Shown here in pieces: positions 10,972-23,920 of a stretch of 64,000 nt of DNA. A program made the position numbers and the translations under genes. This DNA is from Glaucostegus cemiculus. Taxonomy: Eukaryota. The notes beneath the pieces were generated by a model. That model was not told where the DNA came from, did not search any database, and saw only the letters and a list, made by a program, of their open reading frames with translations. The number at the start of each line of letters is the position of its first letter. Within the stretch, counting starts at the first letter, position 1. The DNA lies in contig CDPCPM010000037.1 of NCBI GenBank assembly GCA_976551045.1, forward strand, positions 17,360,001 to 17,424,000, written 5' to 3'.

Positions 10972-13900
10972 GTGAGTAGGGGCAAATTATTGGATAATAG
11001 AAGGTATCAAAAGAGTCCCTCTATCTGACATTTTTCACAAGATCATTTGGAGATCACTAATTTGCTTTCAGCATTATGACTGAATCTTTTTTTGGTTTTT
11101 TCTTTCCCCAGTTCCAAGATAACTCAGGTCAACTTCTAACCACAAGTAACATTGTAATGGCTATTTCAGCACACATGGGGATTAAATTAGAACCTGGTCT
11201 GCATAAATTCAGCAGTACATTAGAAACACTGAGGGCCAACAAAAGCCTAATTGGCATTGGGACTCCCTCCAGAGGCACTTATTAAATCACAAAGGAATAC
11301 AGTGAGTCAGTCAACCCATATTTACTTAATTAACTTTACCTAATTATTTACTACATTAACTTTTAATGCATGGTATAAACAGAATATAACATGAAGACCT
11401 TTGGGAAATCATTTATTTCACATGACTGATGCTCATCATCAATCAGAATGAATGAAATTATTGTCAGTTATCAAGTCAGGACACACTACAACCAGCTTCT
11501 CACTTGTCACTGCCTGTTAAATGCAATCATGACTTTAGGCCTAACCCAAAAAGATGAATGTTTTGAGTTAACACTGCTGGTACAGAGTTTTCTGCAATGT
11601 TGGAACAGATTAGGAATTCAGGATTAATTGACAGCAGATCATGCAGGCTATGAAAAGAGTATGCTGCCTTTATCCCCCAAGCCCCATTATACACCTGAAT
11701 CTAACAAAGACATACACTAGGGATAATAAATGCAAAAACAAGTCCAATGGGTACTCGTAGGCTGAGATTTAAAAAAAAATGCATACTCAGTTTATCATTT
11801 AGCTAGTGAATTAGGAGAACCTGAGCCTAACTACTAGAAGCTTGAAAACGTAATTTTTTTTTTGTAAAATGTATTAAAGTAATATCATGTCTGCTCACAG
11901 GAGAAGCAAGAATCCCATCACAATTTGTATACTTCATTTTAACCTCTTTTCTACTTCAAAATATTTAAAGCTATTTTTGTAAACACAAAACCATGTTTGT
12001 GCATTACCAAACACTTCCATGAATATTCTTTTTATTTAAATGTAAAATACAAAGCACATTAAAGAATGCATATTTTGTCTACAATAGTTGTGCAGTAAAC
12101 TGATATAATTTTTGCATATAGTAATGCCCATATTGCAACTTTTATTAGGCCAAAACCTCAACATCTTACCCAAGCTGTCATTTTTTGTTCCTGGAGTTGG
12201 CTATAAAAGGTGTGAAGAAATCACTCAGTGGTCAGTGTCTTTTGTTAATTCTTGGGAAGTTCAGGTGGGAGACTCACGGTATAAAATCTAAGGCATCATC
12301 AAAACTTAAAATAGGAAAGGAGACAAGTTAAATCAAAAGAAAGTAGATTTGGACAACAAATGATGACTTTTAAACAGAATTGTCCATTGCAGATGAGAGG
12401 AAGGGAGATTAAAATTCTACAGTTTGGTTGTTGATGGAAACGTTTTAATCAGAATGGTATTTAAACCAGATTTCGGATAATTTGGAATTAATCAAAAAGG
12501 ATTCCAAAAATGGTCAAAGAGTCAGTAAAAGTATATGAAAATAAACTAGGAAACAATAGCAAAGAAAATAAAAGAAAAAGCACAAAAGGCAAAATAGAAG
12601 TCAGATGTTTAGAACTAATTTATGAGTTTAATATATTAATATTGCTGTAATAACTACTATATACCTTTTTTGTCAAAACAAGACACACTATTTAAAAATA
12701 GTTAGCCTTGGGGACCCAGAATATGCTCCAGATGCTACTGCCTCAAGGTTCAAATTCTACAGAACAGCATTTCGAAGCAAAGAGTTGAAGTACCTCCATT
12801 GAATCTCATCTTAATCTTATTTCTTCCAACATATATACAACCTGTTTTTCTTTTCATTCCAATAATTCTCATAAATTATTGCCAAAACCTTGTTAAGGAT
12901 GCAAAATTCTTTCCAAAATGTGGTATCCTGAATTGAACATAATCTCCCAGCTGACCATTAAGGATGGGTTTTCTTAAAGGTTTAGCATGACATCATTATT
13001 TTTGTGCCCTTTGCCACTATTAATAAAACCAGACATCTATTTTAACAGCCTCACTGTGTCCTGTTACCTTTTGAGTTTTGTGTAAATTCATTCTTCCTGC
13101 TCCCTTATGAAAACTGTACCATTTAATTTATATTGCCTTTCCTTTTTTTTCGGAAAATGCATCACTTAATCTTTCCCACAAATAAATTTCAGCCGACATT
13201 TTACCAGTCTTTTCATGTCCTCTTGGTAACCTCTCCAAGGTTTCTTACATTTCCCTTCTCCATTCTGATACTGACATTCCCCTTTGTTCTTCCCTGCGCC
13301 ACTCCTTATTCCCAGCTCCATACATGTTTGAGCACTATTAACTGCTAACCAGTTCCACTACTGGTGCAAGGTAATTGACTTAAAAGTTAACCCCATTTCT
13401 CTCTCCACAGTTCCTACAGAACCTACTGAATATTTACAGAAAGTTCAGTTTTTATCTCCATTTTAGGTTAGTACCTCTTTGCACTTTCATTAGTGCTATG
13501 CAGTGCTCTGTGTTTCAATGATGAGAAGATTGGATCAAATCAACGGTTAGCTTCAGGTTCATTCTGCAGGCAAATGACTTTCCACCAGAATTGTTCCTTC
13601 TTCACCAAATGTAAAGAAAATATTTAGTTCTTTTATGAGAACATACATGCACTTGCCCAATGCACTGTTAAAATTAATTTAAGGAGCTGCACAAATGCTA
13701 CAGTGCATACAAAACTAGAGACTATAGGAACATTGATGTTTAACTGCTCTGGAAACAGAGCTGTCTCTTGAACTTTTAAATTTGTAGTCAGAATGCTAAT
13801 TCACACTGATCATCTCCATAGGAGTGCCTTCTCTTATCACGGTCAAAAGCAGCATTACCCCTTGATCAATGCTTGACAATTTTTTTTCAAGGAAGATAAC

Positions 13901-14094
13901 AGGCTTTGCTCTCTTTTTTTTATTTTGGAAAAACAGCATGAATGGGCTGGCTTTAGCACGGACTAATTTAAACAAGGGTGTCAGGCAGCTTGAATAAATG
14001 TACAGATGCTGGCTTGAAAGAATATCAAGAGTGTTTTAAACCACGAGAAGCAAAGGTATTGGAACATGGAAAATCTAAGCAACAGTTTAATCAC

Positions 14095-14430
14095 AAGAGA
14101 CACAAGAGACTGCAGATGCTGGAGTCTGGAGCAACAAACAACCTGCCAGAGGAACTTAGCAGGTTGAGCAGCATCTGTGGGAGAAAAGGAATGCTCAATG
14201 TTTTGAGTCAAAACCCTGTACCAGGCCTGAAAGTGGAGAGGGGAGATGGCCAGTATAAAGAGGAGAGGAGCGGTGGACAGGAGTCCGAGGTGATTGGTGA
14301 ATGATGACAGGCAGGTTGCGGCAGGTAGGGGAGGGGTGAAGTTGGGAGACAATGGCAGGTGAACGATAGATGGAGGCAGACAGTGGGGGAAGAAATGAGA
14401 GGCAGATGGAACAAGATGGGGGCAGGGAGG
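14095..14430 (-). mobile_element. Penelope-like terminal repeat fragment with degenerate hammerhead
   Basis: ACACAAGAGACTGCAGATGCTGGAGTCTGGAGC...GCAGCATCTGTGG followed by a purine-rich tract, homologous to the 7539 and 62620 copies. Confidence 0.75.
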
Positions 14431-15639
14431 TTTCAATCCATACAGTTTAATCACTATCTGGAAAGGAGACAAAGCAAACTAGATAAAACAACCTTATTAA
14501 GAAACCTTTTCCTTTATTGAGACCTCCAACCTCAAGAAAACTGAGCAATTCAATATATTTACATTAAGCATTAAATTTGTTTATCATTAAGCTGTCATTT
14601 CCAAAGAAGTCCATGCAGTACATATGAAGTTAGAGACTATTAGTGTTTACATGTGTACATTATCTTGCCTTCCAGTGGCTTCATACTGCCATGATGTCTT
14701 TTTAAGACATTGGTATTTCATTTCCAGAAATGATTCAGAGAACCATTCCATCAAAGTAGTCTGAAGTTCTTCCCGGATAACAAGATGTCCCTGGTTCCAG
14801 AAAGCAGTCATGATCAAACTAACAATGTCAAATCACAGTCTGAAGATTGGTACTTGTAACCAATACAGAGTCATTACTGCATCGAACGTTTTCCTCCACA
14901 CAGCTCAATTCAAAGTTCCTTCTAGAAATTTGCATTCATTAATAAACATCAAAAAAACTAGAAATGAATATTTGTAAATGAATACAAGGTTAAGCAAATC
15001 ATTGATAATAACTTTCCAAGCTGGAGCAGCCAAATTAATTCCTCCATCAACCTTCTAAATATCCCAAACATAATGCAACATTTATAAAATAATAATAATT
15101 GCACAATTAATATAAATATTGACTAGAAAAATTACTCGTGAACACATGAATTAGAAACAGGGGCCTCGAGCCTGTTACCCCATTTAGTAAGATCATGGCT
15201 GATCTGATTGTAATCTCAAGTCTGCATTACTATCTATCTGTGATAACCTTTCAATCCTTTACTTATCAAGAATGTGTCCAAATAAAATATCGAAAGGCTG
15301 TACTTCTACCACACTTTAAAGGAAGAAAGTTCCAAACACTCATGACTCCTCAAGAAAAAAAAACAATGCAGGGTTTCTACCCAAAACGTCAAAGATTCTT
15401 CTCCCCCAAAAGGTGCTGCTTGACCTGTTGAGTTCATCCCGCTAATTGTTTATTGCTGAAAATTCCAGCATTGGCACTCTTGTGTCTCTGCATTCCCTTA
15501 CTTCTATCTTAAATGGGTAACCCTTCACTATTAAACAGTCAAAGCTTAAAATTAATGAAACAAATGTTGCCTTCCTAACTCTCTTCTGCTCAGAGCAGCA
15601 AATGGTGAGAATGTCAGGTACAAAGACTAATGATAAGCC

Positions 15640-17760
15640 TAAGTTACATGTTAGGATGCAAGGTAGGAGTAAGATTTAACAGCAGAAAGCACAGTTTATG
15701 CGAGGAAGAATATAAAGGATGTTTCCCCAGCAGTAATGGCAAGTACAGCACAGATCCAGCACTAAGCAATAGGTGATACACTTCCTGTTTTCTTCCATTT
15801 CTCAGTGTTTCACAGTGAGAGTCTGGTCCTACAGAGGTGGTGTTGATATAGGCACAGGGAACTATGTTGGTCAAGGTTGCTGCTACTAGTGTTCTTTTAG
15901 TATGTGGTTATAGTCTGTCCAACTAATGGTGTTCTGGTAATATAGTGAGGGGGGAAGAAACATTGCTTATCTCAGAATGTAACACAGTCAAGTTGGATTT
16001 CCTTACAAGTGAAGCAATATGTCATGGCACTAGTAGCCAGAGTTGGAGTGAACTTAAGGGTCCCTGATTCTGTATACATGATGGCATTTAGCTACACATC
16101 TATCATTTTTGTTTAGCAGCAGCAGCAGCAGATGACCCAGAAGGTAGAGCTCCATTCTGAAGCAGATGAGGTTCATAGGCAAGTTCCTTTCTGCAAAAGG
16201 AAATTTTAAGTTCTTTCACAGGTAGGACCATGTTGTTCACATGAAACATCGACACCACTCTCACTTCTGGATTGGGCCAGAGGTATCAAGTCCAGAAATA
16301 GCAAATCGCTTGTGAACGTTCTACTGGATTTCTGTGGCCTTGATGCTTGTGTCAGTGGTGCAATGTTGAGAACACACATCAACATCCAGAATGTGGTGCA
16401 GGGCATATTTACTGCAGAATGGGTATTCAAAAGGGCTGATGCAAACATTGACCTTCCGTGGGAGGCTCTTATTGAGTGATCATTTCTGGAAAGTCTTGTC
16501 AGATTAGTTGCCAACTTTCAGTTTTTCCAAAAGGATACTAATTATCCTGAAAGTTTAGTGGCACTTGATGATGCTTAAAAGTTTTGGTAGTTGGCCATCA
16601 CATTGGAGGAAACTTCAATGGCTCTTTTGCTCTGTGTTTGCTTGTGGTGGTAATTGTATAGTAAATTGTATAGTAGTTGCCTGTGAGTGGCTGGAAGGTT
16701 GGTTACAAAAGCATTAGCACTGACTTTTAGCTCTGAGATTGCACAAAGCTGGCCAAGCAGGTCCACGGGTTTCCCTTTGCAGTGTGAGAAATCAAAATGT
16801 TCCCTGGTTTTTTGGCATTATATCACTTTCTCCTAAGGAATCCAGGAGAGCTGTTGCTGTGTCCAAATCTTGGGCATTAATGAACTCTGCCAACAGCGTT
16901 TCACTCTCCTGGGATCAGCAATGGCTTGTGTTGCATCCTATAGTCATGCAGCACACTTACTGTGGCTGAGAGTTTAACAAGTCAAGTAAAGCTGCTGTAA
17001 TTGTGGTGGTATTCTCCAGTTTGTTTCCTCGATGTTATTTGTGAATATGGGTGACAAAGCCTTTGGGAAGTTGCATCTTCATTTTGTGGCAGGATTGACT
17101 ATTGGCACCTTGACTCCCATATGTATTGCACCACGTAGTGAGCAGGGCAAGTTCTTCAAGATCTGTTGGGAGCAGCTGGATGGCTGACCTTCACTGTCAC
17201 CAATCATGAAATAGAGGACCAAGCAGTGACATTTCAGTGGGAGAAGAAAGGTGCCCAGCTGATTGGCATCAATGACAAGCAAGCTGTTAGGTGCCTCTAC
17301 TCATCTGTCTGTTCTGATATTTGGTAGCCTCACATTGGTAACAGCTATTAAATTGTTAATGTAAATAGCCAACTGTAATGGAGAAACAACAGTTGTCTTC
17401 TTGAGTGACTTCTTCAGCTTCCATACCTCAATGGATATGGACGTACTACTGGACAAGGCTTTTCTTGGCAGGCTAATCGGTGGAAACCAGGCATCCTCAC
17501 AGTGCATGGGTTGGGTTCGGAATATGGGTTCTTGAAAGGCAAGAACGTCAATCTTCTGTGTGCCAAGTTCTTTTGATAAGACTTCACACTTTGATCCTGG
17601 CAGGCCCCTCACATTAAGTTGATCGATGCAGTGCTGGCCCATGCTTTCAAGTGGCATCTTTGGTGTTTCTTTGCTTTCCAGACTGGGGAGCTACTTATGG
17701 GCATTCAGTTGTCTTTTGAGTATACTACCTGATAACTTCTCAGTGAATTAATACATGGGG
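15640..17760 (-). mobile_element. Highly decayed LINE with AP-endonuclease, resembling the Ingi/Vingi (I group) type
   Basis: ORF 17301-17657 has QLNVRGL..SKCEVL...KIDVLAFQE (APE N-terminal motifs). Frameshifted post-RT remnants GSSA, DV*LNA..SGTLKFTP at ~16020-16140. Clade assignment is inference. Confidence 0.55.
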
Positions 17761-18869
17761 AAACCATACCATGTATAGGTTATAACCATGTATAGGTTAC
17801 CATTAGCTCTCCATCTCAGTACTGAAATCATGCTTAATATGGTCAGTATTAGATACCAGTTCCTTATCTGCTTCTTTATTTTGAGATGTAGGATTAATCC
17901 TTCAATTGATAATCCATCCTAGAACAGAACATTATATCTGTCCTCTTTGGCATATTAACATCCAACATCTCATGGATAGGTCAGATCAAATAACTGGACC
18001 TTTTCTTGTATCAGTACATAAATAATAAAGCACAACATAAATGCTGATTCTATATTAGCAAAAAAAGGGACAAAAAGAACACAAGCTTGTCTGTTATCTC
18101 CTTGGGGGCTTCATCTGGTGGTTCCACGCTCATGACTTTCTTTTTCCTGTTCTAATGCTATTCTTTGGTGCAGCCTGAAGCTCCATGCCACAAGAGGTGA
18201 TAAGGATCTTGTCAATCAATTTCTCATGACAAAGGGGTTCTTCCTCCTGCAAAAGCTTGAACCTGGATGGTTCCAAAACCAAATGCATCTCTGGGTCAGT
18301 TCTGGGAAGACTGATAATGTCTCCAGTATTCCAGTGGTGAAGTGCTCTGAGGGATCCAACATGCCTGACTGACCTGAGAGAGAGTAGTTTCTGGCATGCT
18401 GTTGCTGTTGAGCATTTCTTTGCATTGACCTGCTCACCTTAGTCAGAAGCAATGATTCAAACAAGGAGGGAGAGCTGTAATATAAAAAACCTAACACAGG
18501 CAAACAAAAGATTTTTTAGTACAAATACATCCTGTTGTAGCAAGGTGTGTGAAAAAGGAAAATTAGAGGTAGTTTTTTTAAAATTATTAAGCTTTAGTAT
18601 AAAAATCTACCCATTTGCTTGATGCATCAATCATGTCTTTTTTTTAGAAAAGGTATGGTTCTAGACTTTTCTCTACACAATTTATTCTAATTTATTAGAA
18701 ATTAAATAGGGAGAATGTTAAAGTGAGAGGAAATGTAAAAATCTAAAGAAAAATTCAAGGCCAAGAGCAGTCTGGCAGATTGGGTAATGAAAGGCAAGGA
18801 GTGACAGGAAGCAGACAGAATTTAATGGTAATAGTGAGCTCATAAAAAAGACAAAAATCAGTAAAAAAA

Positions 18870-19560
18870 AAGCTATTTTTGAATGCATAGTTATGAGGTT
18901 AATGAATTAATGGCACAAATAGAGATAAATGGGTTTGATCTAATAGCCATTACTAAAAAGGTATGATTAGATGGTGACCAGGGTTGCAAAATGAATACTT
19001 TAGGGTGTAGCATTTTAAAAAGACAACAAAATCAAAGAGATGGGATGAGTAGCTCTGATAGTAATACATTTCCAGTCAATTATCTTTTATTAAGTGCTAA
19101 ATGCACTATATAATTAACAGTTCAGCACATCTAGCACAATCATCCATGGACAAATTTCTAGCCAGACATGAGGACAGTGGTAGAGAAGGTCAGATAGCAG
19201 AATCATTCCAAGTGAGGATAAGAAATAAAAAAAAGGATAAAAGGTGTGATCTATAGCCTCCTGACCAATAGCCATATTGTATCAAGAAAGAAGAGCTGTA
19301 AGAAACCTAACGGGATAAACATGAGGAACTTTGATCTTTATATTGACTACATAAATAAGTAAAAGTATTTCAGATTTTTTTTAATTTATTGCAAGAAATT
19401 CCCTAAGAGAACTTGCGTAAGTAACTAGGATACAGTTTTTTAATATCTTGTCCTATATAATACAATAACATTAATTAATAGTTTTATGCTAAAGGACAAA
19501 ACTTCACATTAAGTTTGATAGCAATTTAAGGTCCTAACCTTAAATAAACCTGAAGAAATG
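18870..19560 (+). mobile_element. Decayed CR1 LINE ORF2 endonuclease region
   Basis: Frameshifted translation resembles LNA....NELMAQIEINGFDLIAIT..GDQG (CR1 APE). Confidence 0.7.
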
Positions 19561-20022
19561 GGTATTGGAACATTTTTAGAAGTACAGCAATCATTTAGTA
19601 ACTTTACATCATAATTGAAACTTTTAATTTGGAAAGCAATGCTGCTTTCTGAGTCCATTCTTAGTGTTGTAATCTCAACAGAATTACTTGCAATGGCAAA
19701 TAAAAGTTTCTTTTAAAATTGTACTTGGCTAATTTTCATGCCCAATTAATAGGAAAAAAGAAAAGGAAATGAAAGGAGGAAGAAAACAGATGCAGAACCA
19801 TGATGGAGAATATCCATTAGATGTGGCCAGATTTGTAAGGGAAGATCAATGAGTGTAATCATCATTGTGAATTAGACAGGACAGATTATAATGCACAGAA
19901 TACTTCCCACTACATTAACAATTATGTATAATTTTTTGTAATTTTTGAACATAAAATTGGCCATTTTTCCTTTTTTCTACCCAATTCATAGACAGACAAG
20001 AGTTCCTGTGGAGCAATTGTCA

Positions 20023-20036
20023 GTTGCCAGGGTAAC
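20023..20036. promoter_or_regulatory. RFX X-box motif
   Basis: GTTGCCAGGGTAAC fits the GTTGCCATGGCAAC-type X-box; flanks extend the dyad (CAGTT...AACTG). Confidence 0.45.
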
Positions 20037-20207
20037 TGGATACATAAGAAACACAATAAACAGCTACATAGACTTACAAACTTGTGGGGTATATTCCCAT
20101 ATATAGGATTGTTTCTTCAGTTTGGATTCAGGATTTCTGTAATTGTTTCTTTTCTTCCTTTTTTTAACTATACATCCTTTCCCAATGTTAGCAAGTTAGA
20201 CACACAC

Positions 20208-20520
20208 AATCAGAATCAGACAATCAGTTTATTGTCACTTTCATGTACACACGCAGCATACATGAAGGCGAGATATCGTACTCCACAGGCTAATGTGCAA
20301 AAGACATTAACGACAATAAAAGACAACAGTTACAAAAACATCAAAACATTGGAGCCACATGGACTTCGGTCTGCTGGTACAACACGTCCCCCAGAACCTC
20401 AACATTACATCTCCCAGCCCCAGCCTCACCCCGCACCAACAACCGCCTCCGGGCCCCGCAGTCCAACAACCGCCTCCGGGCCCCGCAGTCCAACAACCGC
20501 CTCCGGCCACACACTCACAC
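20208..20520 (-). mobile_element. Young-looking 5'-truncated LINE 3' end
   Basis: Minus strand ends GTGACAATAAACTGATTGTCTGATTCTGATT (AATAAA plus short-repeat tail). CpGs are retained. Confidence 0.6.
20429..20506. repeat. 27-bp GC-rich minisatellite, ~3 units
   Basis: CCCCGCA(GT)CCAACAACCGCCTCCGGG starting at 20429, 20454 and 20481. Confidence 0.95.
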
Positions 20521-21321
20521 AGGGACAGAATTCCACATTTAGAAAAGCATTTCAAAAACCTGAGCTAAAATGTTAATTTTCAGAGCAAGACAGCATTAAG
20601 TTGCTGGACGTTACACAATCCTGTTCTCCCTAGTTCGCAAGCAGTCATAATTTAAGCAAGGATTGTTTGATTTCACAGTTCCTGGTATTTCACAATTTTG
20701 GTACCACAGGCGTTAGTACAGATATGATCAATCAAAAGCAAACTTGGCTTATTATATCTGTACTAACACCTGTGGGAGCAAACCGAACAGTGGTATCCAA
20801 CATTGCCACTGGGAGACTAACTCAGCACAGAACTAGAACTGATTGCAGTTCTGACAACCTCTAAGGAACTTCATTTCACAATCAGCGGTGTAGTTATGGC
20901 TCAGCAACTCACCACATCAGAACATTGACCCAGCTGAAGGAAAAGACTTGAAGGATGAAATTAGTTATTTTGCATTTATAATGAGGAAAATACCTAATAG
21001 CATTGTAATTAAAACCATGATGGCTCACCTCAAATCGTAAAGGCCACTGTGAACAATGACCATGGATTTGGAAGAAATTATTCATGTTGAAAATACTCGA
21101 GAAAATAATTAAATCAGTGTACAAAATATTAGAAAGCTGTAATTTACTCAGAGTATTAGAATGCAATAGTTCTACATATATGTGGGCAAAATTGCTTTCA
21201 GTGAAGAAAAATTCATGAACTGTTGTTTCACTATCACACCATTTGCTCTGCCATCCAAGGCAAATTGATACCTTAAGGTTTTTAAAAAAGTGACCAGAGG
21301 AATAAATACAAATGAAAATCA

Positions 21322-21490
21322 AGAAAACTGCAGAAGTCTGAAATAAAAAGAGATTTTGTGGAAAGGGAAAGAGTTAAATTTTCAGGTGAAAGACTTTACA
21401 AGTGATAAAGGGTCTTCAACCTGAAATGCTAACTCTGCTTCTCTTTACATAAATGCTGTCTGACCTGCTAAATGTTTCTAACATTTTCTG
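21322..21490. mobile_element. Older inverted pair of Penelope-like termini
   Basis: AGAGTTAAATTTTCAGGTGAAAGAC is followed by its approximate reverse complement GGGTCTTCAACCTGAAATGCTAACTCT. Confidence 0.55.
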
Positions 21491-21577
21491 AATGAAGCAA
21501 ATAAAACAAGAAAAGCTAAGATCTGAGATTATTTTTTCCTGCCCCCACCTTCAACTATTGAATCAGATTTTCAAGGG

Positions 21578-22100
21578 AGTTCGGCATCACGGCTTGGTTT
21601 GGCAACTTCTCTGCCCAGGACCACAAGAAACTGCAGAGAGTTGTGGACGCAACCCAGTGCATCACGGACACCAGCCTCCCCTCCTTGGACTCTTGTCTTT
21701 ACCTCTCGTTGTCTTAGTGAAGCAGCCAGCATAATCAAAGACCCCACCCACCCAGGTTATTCTCTCTCCTCTCCTCTTCCATCGGGTAGAAGATACAGGA
21801 GCCTGAGGGCATGTACCACCAGAATTAAGGACAGCTTCTACCCCACCGTGATAAGACTATTGAATGGTTTCCTTATACAATGAGATGGATTATGACCTCA
21901 TGATCTGCCTTGTAACCTTGCACCTTATTGCACTGCACTTTCTCTGTAGCTGTGACACTGTACTGTTATTGTTACCTGTACTATATCAATGCACTCTGTA
22001 CTAACTCAATGTAACTGCACTTTGTAATGAATTGACCTGTATGCAAGGCAAGTTTTTCACTGTACCTCAGTACATGTGACAATAATAAACCATAACCAAT
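21578..22100 (+). mobile_element. Rex1/Babar-like LINE 3' fragment
   Basis: ORF 21599-21883 SIIKDPTHPGYSLSSPLPSGRRYRSLRACTTRIKDSFYPTVIRLLN is a typical Rex/Babar C-terminus; tail GACAATAATAAACCATAACC. Confidence 0.85.
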
Positions 22101-22129
22101 TATGGAACTCAATGGGAACTAGAGAAAAA

Positions 22130-22890
22130 TCTCTCCACCGGAGGGAGCCATACCTTGCACAAAGGAATATTAGCGTTGAAGATAAATCATCCCAGATGTG
22201 GGACATCTCTGCAAGAGTTCCTTGGGACCATGGCCCAACCATCCTCAAACACTTCTTCAATGTTTATGCCTCCATCCAAGAGTCAGAAGTGGCATTTTGT
22301 GTTCTATTCACAACTTCTCAGATTGAAGTAGACTATCACTGCTGCACCAAGACCCAGACAAGTCAGCATTTGGCTGGAAACTGCCAAGTAAATCTGCACT
22401 ACATACATCTGACAATGACCATCTCTGGCAAGAGAAGGTTGAAACACTTCCCTTTAACATCCAAAATCACTTCATTATTAAATTGCCCATTGCTGACTTT
22501 CTTGGCTGGAGGAGGAAGCTGTTGGTCACCTTTGCTCAGAAATTGAACGGGACCAGCCATATTATTACTTTGATTAAGACACCAGGTTAGCAACTGTACA
22601 TTATGTGCTGAGTAATACCCTAAGCCTTTCCACCACCTACAATGCCAAGTTAAGAGTGTGATGTTATACTGTTGGCTTGCCTTGATGGATATAGCTCTAA
22701 CAACACTCATGAAGTTCAGTACAATTCACAACAAAGCAACTTGCTTGATTGGTGCCTTATTCCACCTTCTTAGAAATTTGCTCCCTCCATTAATAGTGTT
22801 TGCATTGTGCACCTTCCATAAAATGCTCTGCAGCAACTTGCTAAGGCTCCTTCAACATCTCAACACCCATGACTTCCACAACCTTGTTAA
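22130..22890 (+). mobile_element. Decayed CR1/L2-group LINE RT fragment
   Basis: Degenerate GVPQGS.LGP-like RVPWDHGPTI, MTISGKR and TTLMKFSTIHNKATCLI motifs. Same family at 34030-34720 and ~52100-52760. Confidence 0.65.
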
Positions 22891-23554
22891 TGAAGTCTGT
22901 TCACTATGCAATTGGTATTAGAATAGGGGGATGGACGTACTGAGTAACCAATGGCAAGTTCACAGGGGTAATGTGATTGAAGGTCTTGTGCTGAAACTTA
23001 CAGCCACCAGAGTAAATGACCCCGAGCTGTCTTCTGAAATGACCCAACATATCATTCTGTTGGAGGGCATTTACTGTTAGATGATAATTCTTGAACTTGC
23101 TAGGGATGTCTGCAACCTGTAAACAATTGGCTTGAACTTGTAGAAGTAATAATATCAAAACATTGTGAAACTTAGAGCCAACTCTTCTCTTTAAGCAGTT
23201 TTGCAGCTTTGCCACTGGAATTAAGAGGAATTCAGCTGAATTGATGTGGTTAAGCTTTTTACAAACTAGTTCAACTGCAAAATATTCCTGAAAATATTAT
23301 GCAGTTTTTGCATGGGGGTCTAAGAAAGATTTTAAATGGCATACTATGGCTTAGCTCTAAATGCCAAATTCCATGCAGGAGTATTCCAGATAAATATTTA
23401 AAGCATCTCACTATTTTTTTAAAAATATTTCAGCCTCTATCTTAATGAGATGCATATGCCAATCTTTATTTAGCAATCTGTAAATATTTAATAAAGTAAA
23501 TTAAAAATATAAAATTTTCCTTTATTGCCTATGAGATTGCTTTAATGTGAGTGT

Positions 23555-23920
23555 TTTTTTAATTCTTCATTCTTGGAATGTGGAGATGTTGCTGTCAAAA
23601 CCAACGATCGTTATCTGTCCCCATCTGCCCTAGCTTCTGGGATGCGGTTAAGAGTCGACCATTTGACTGGAGTCTGGAGTCACAAACAGATCAAACTGGG
23701 TAAAAGAGGCTGATCTCCTTCCCTAAAGAACCAAATGGATTTCTTTTTATATGACAATCCAGTAATACTAGAATCAATACAAGTATTACAGTATCTTTAG
23801 TAAAATCCAGATTATTTGATTAACTGAATACAAATTTATCATCTTCCACAATGGAACCTGAACCTATACCTCCAGCTCTCTCGATAAGTAGTTCAGTATA
23901 ACAACCACAGCACTGGCATT
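23555..23920 (-). mobile_element. Decayed tRNA-derived SINE
   Basis: Degenerate B-box-like GGTTCAGGTTCC on the minus strand near 23850-23865; body and tail resemble recurrent chondrichthyan SINEs (from recall, not searched). Confidence 0.5.

Noticed and set aside
20082-20576. 164-aa and overlapping Pro/Gln- or Gly/Cys-rich ORFs
   Set aside because: Produced by the 27-bp minisatellite within a retroelement tail. The units are tandem with no unique spacers, so it is not CRISPR-like.
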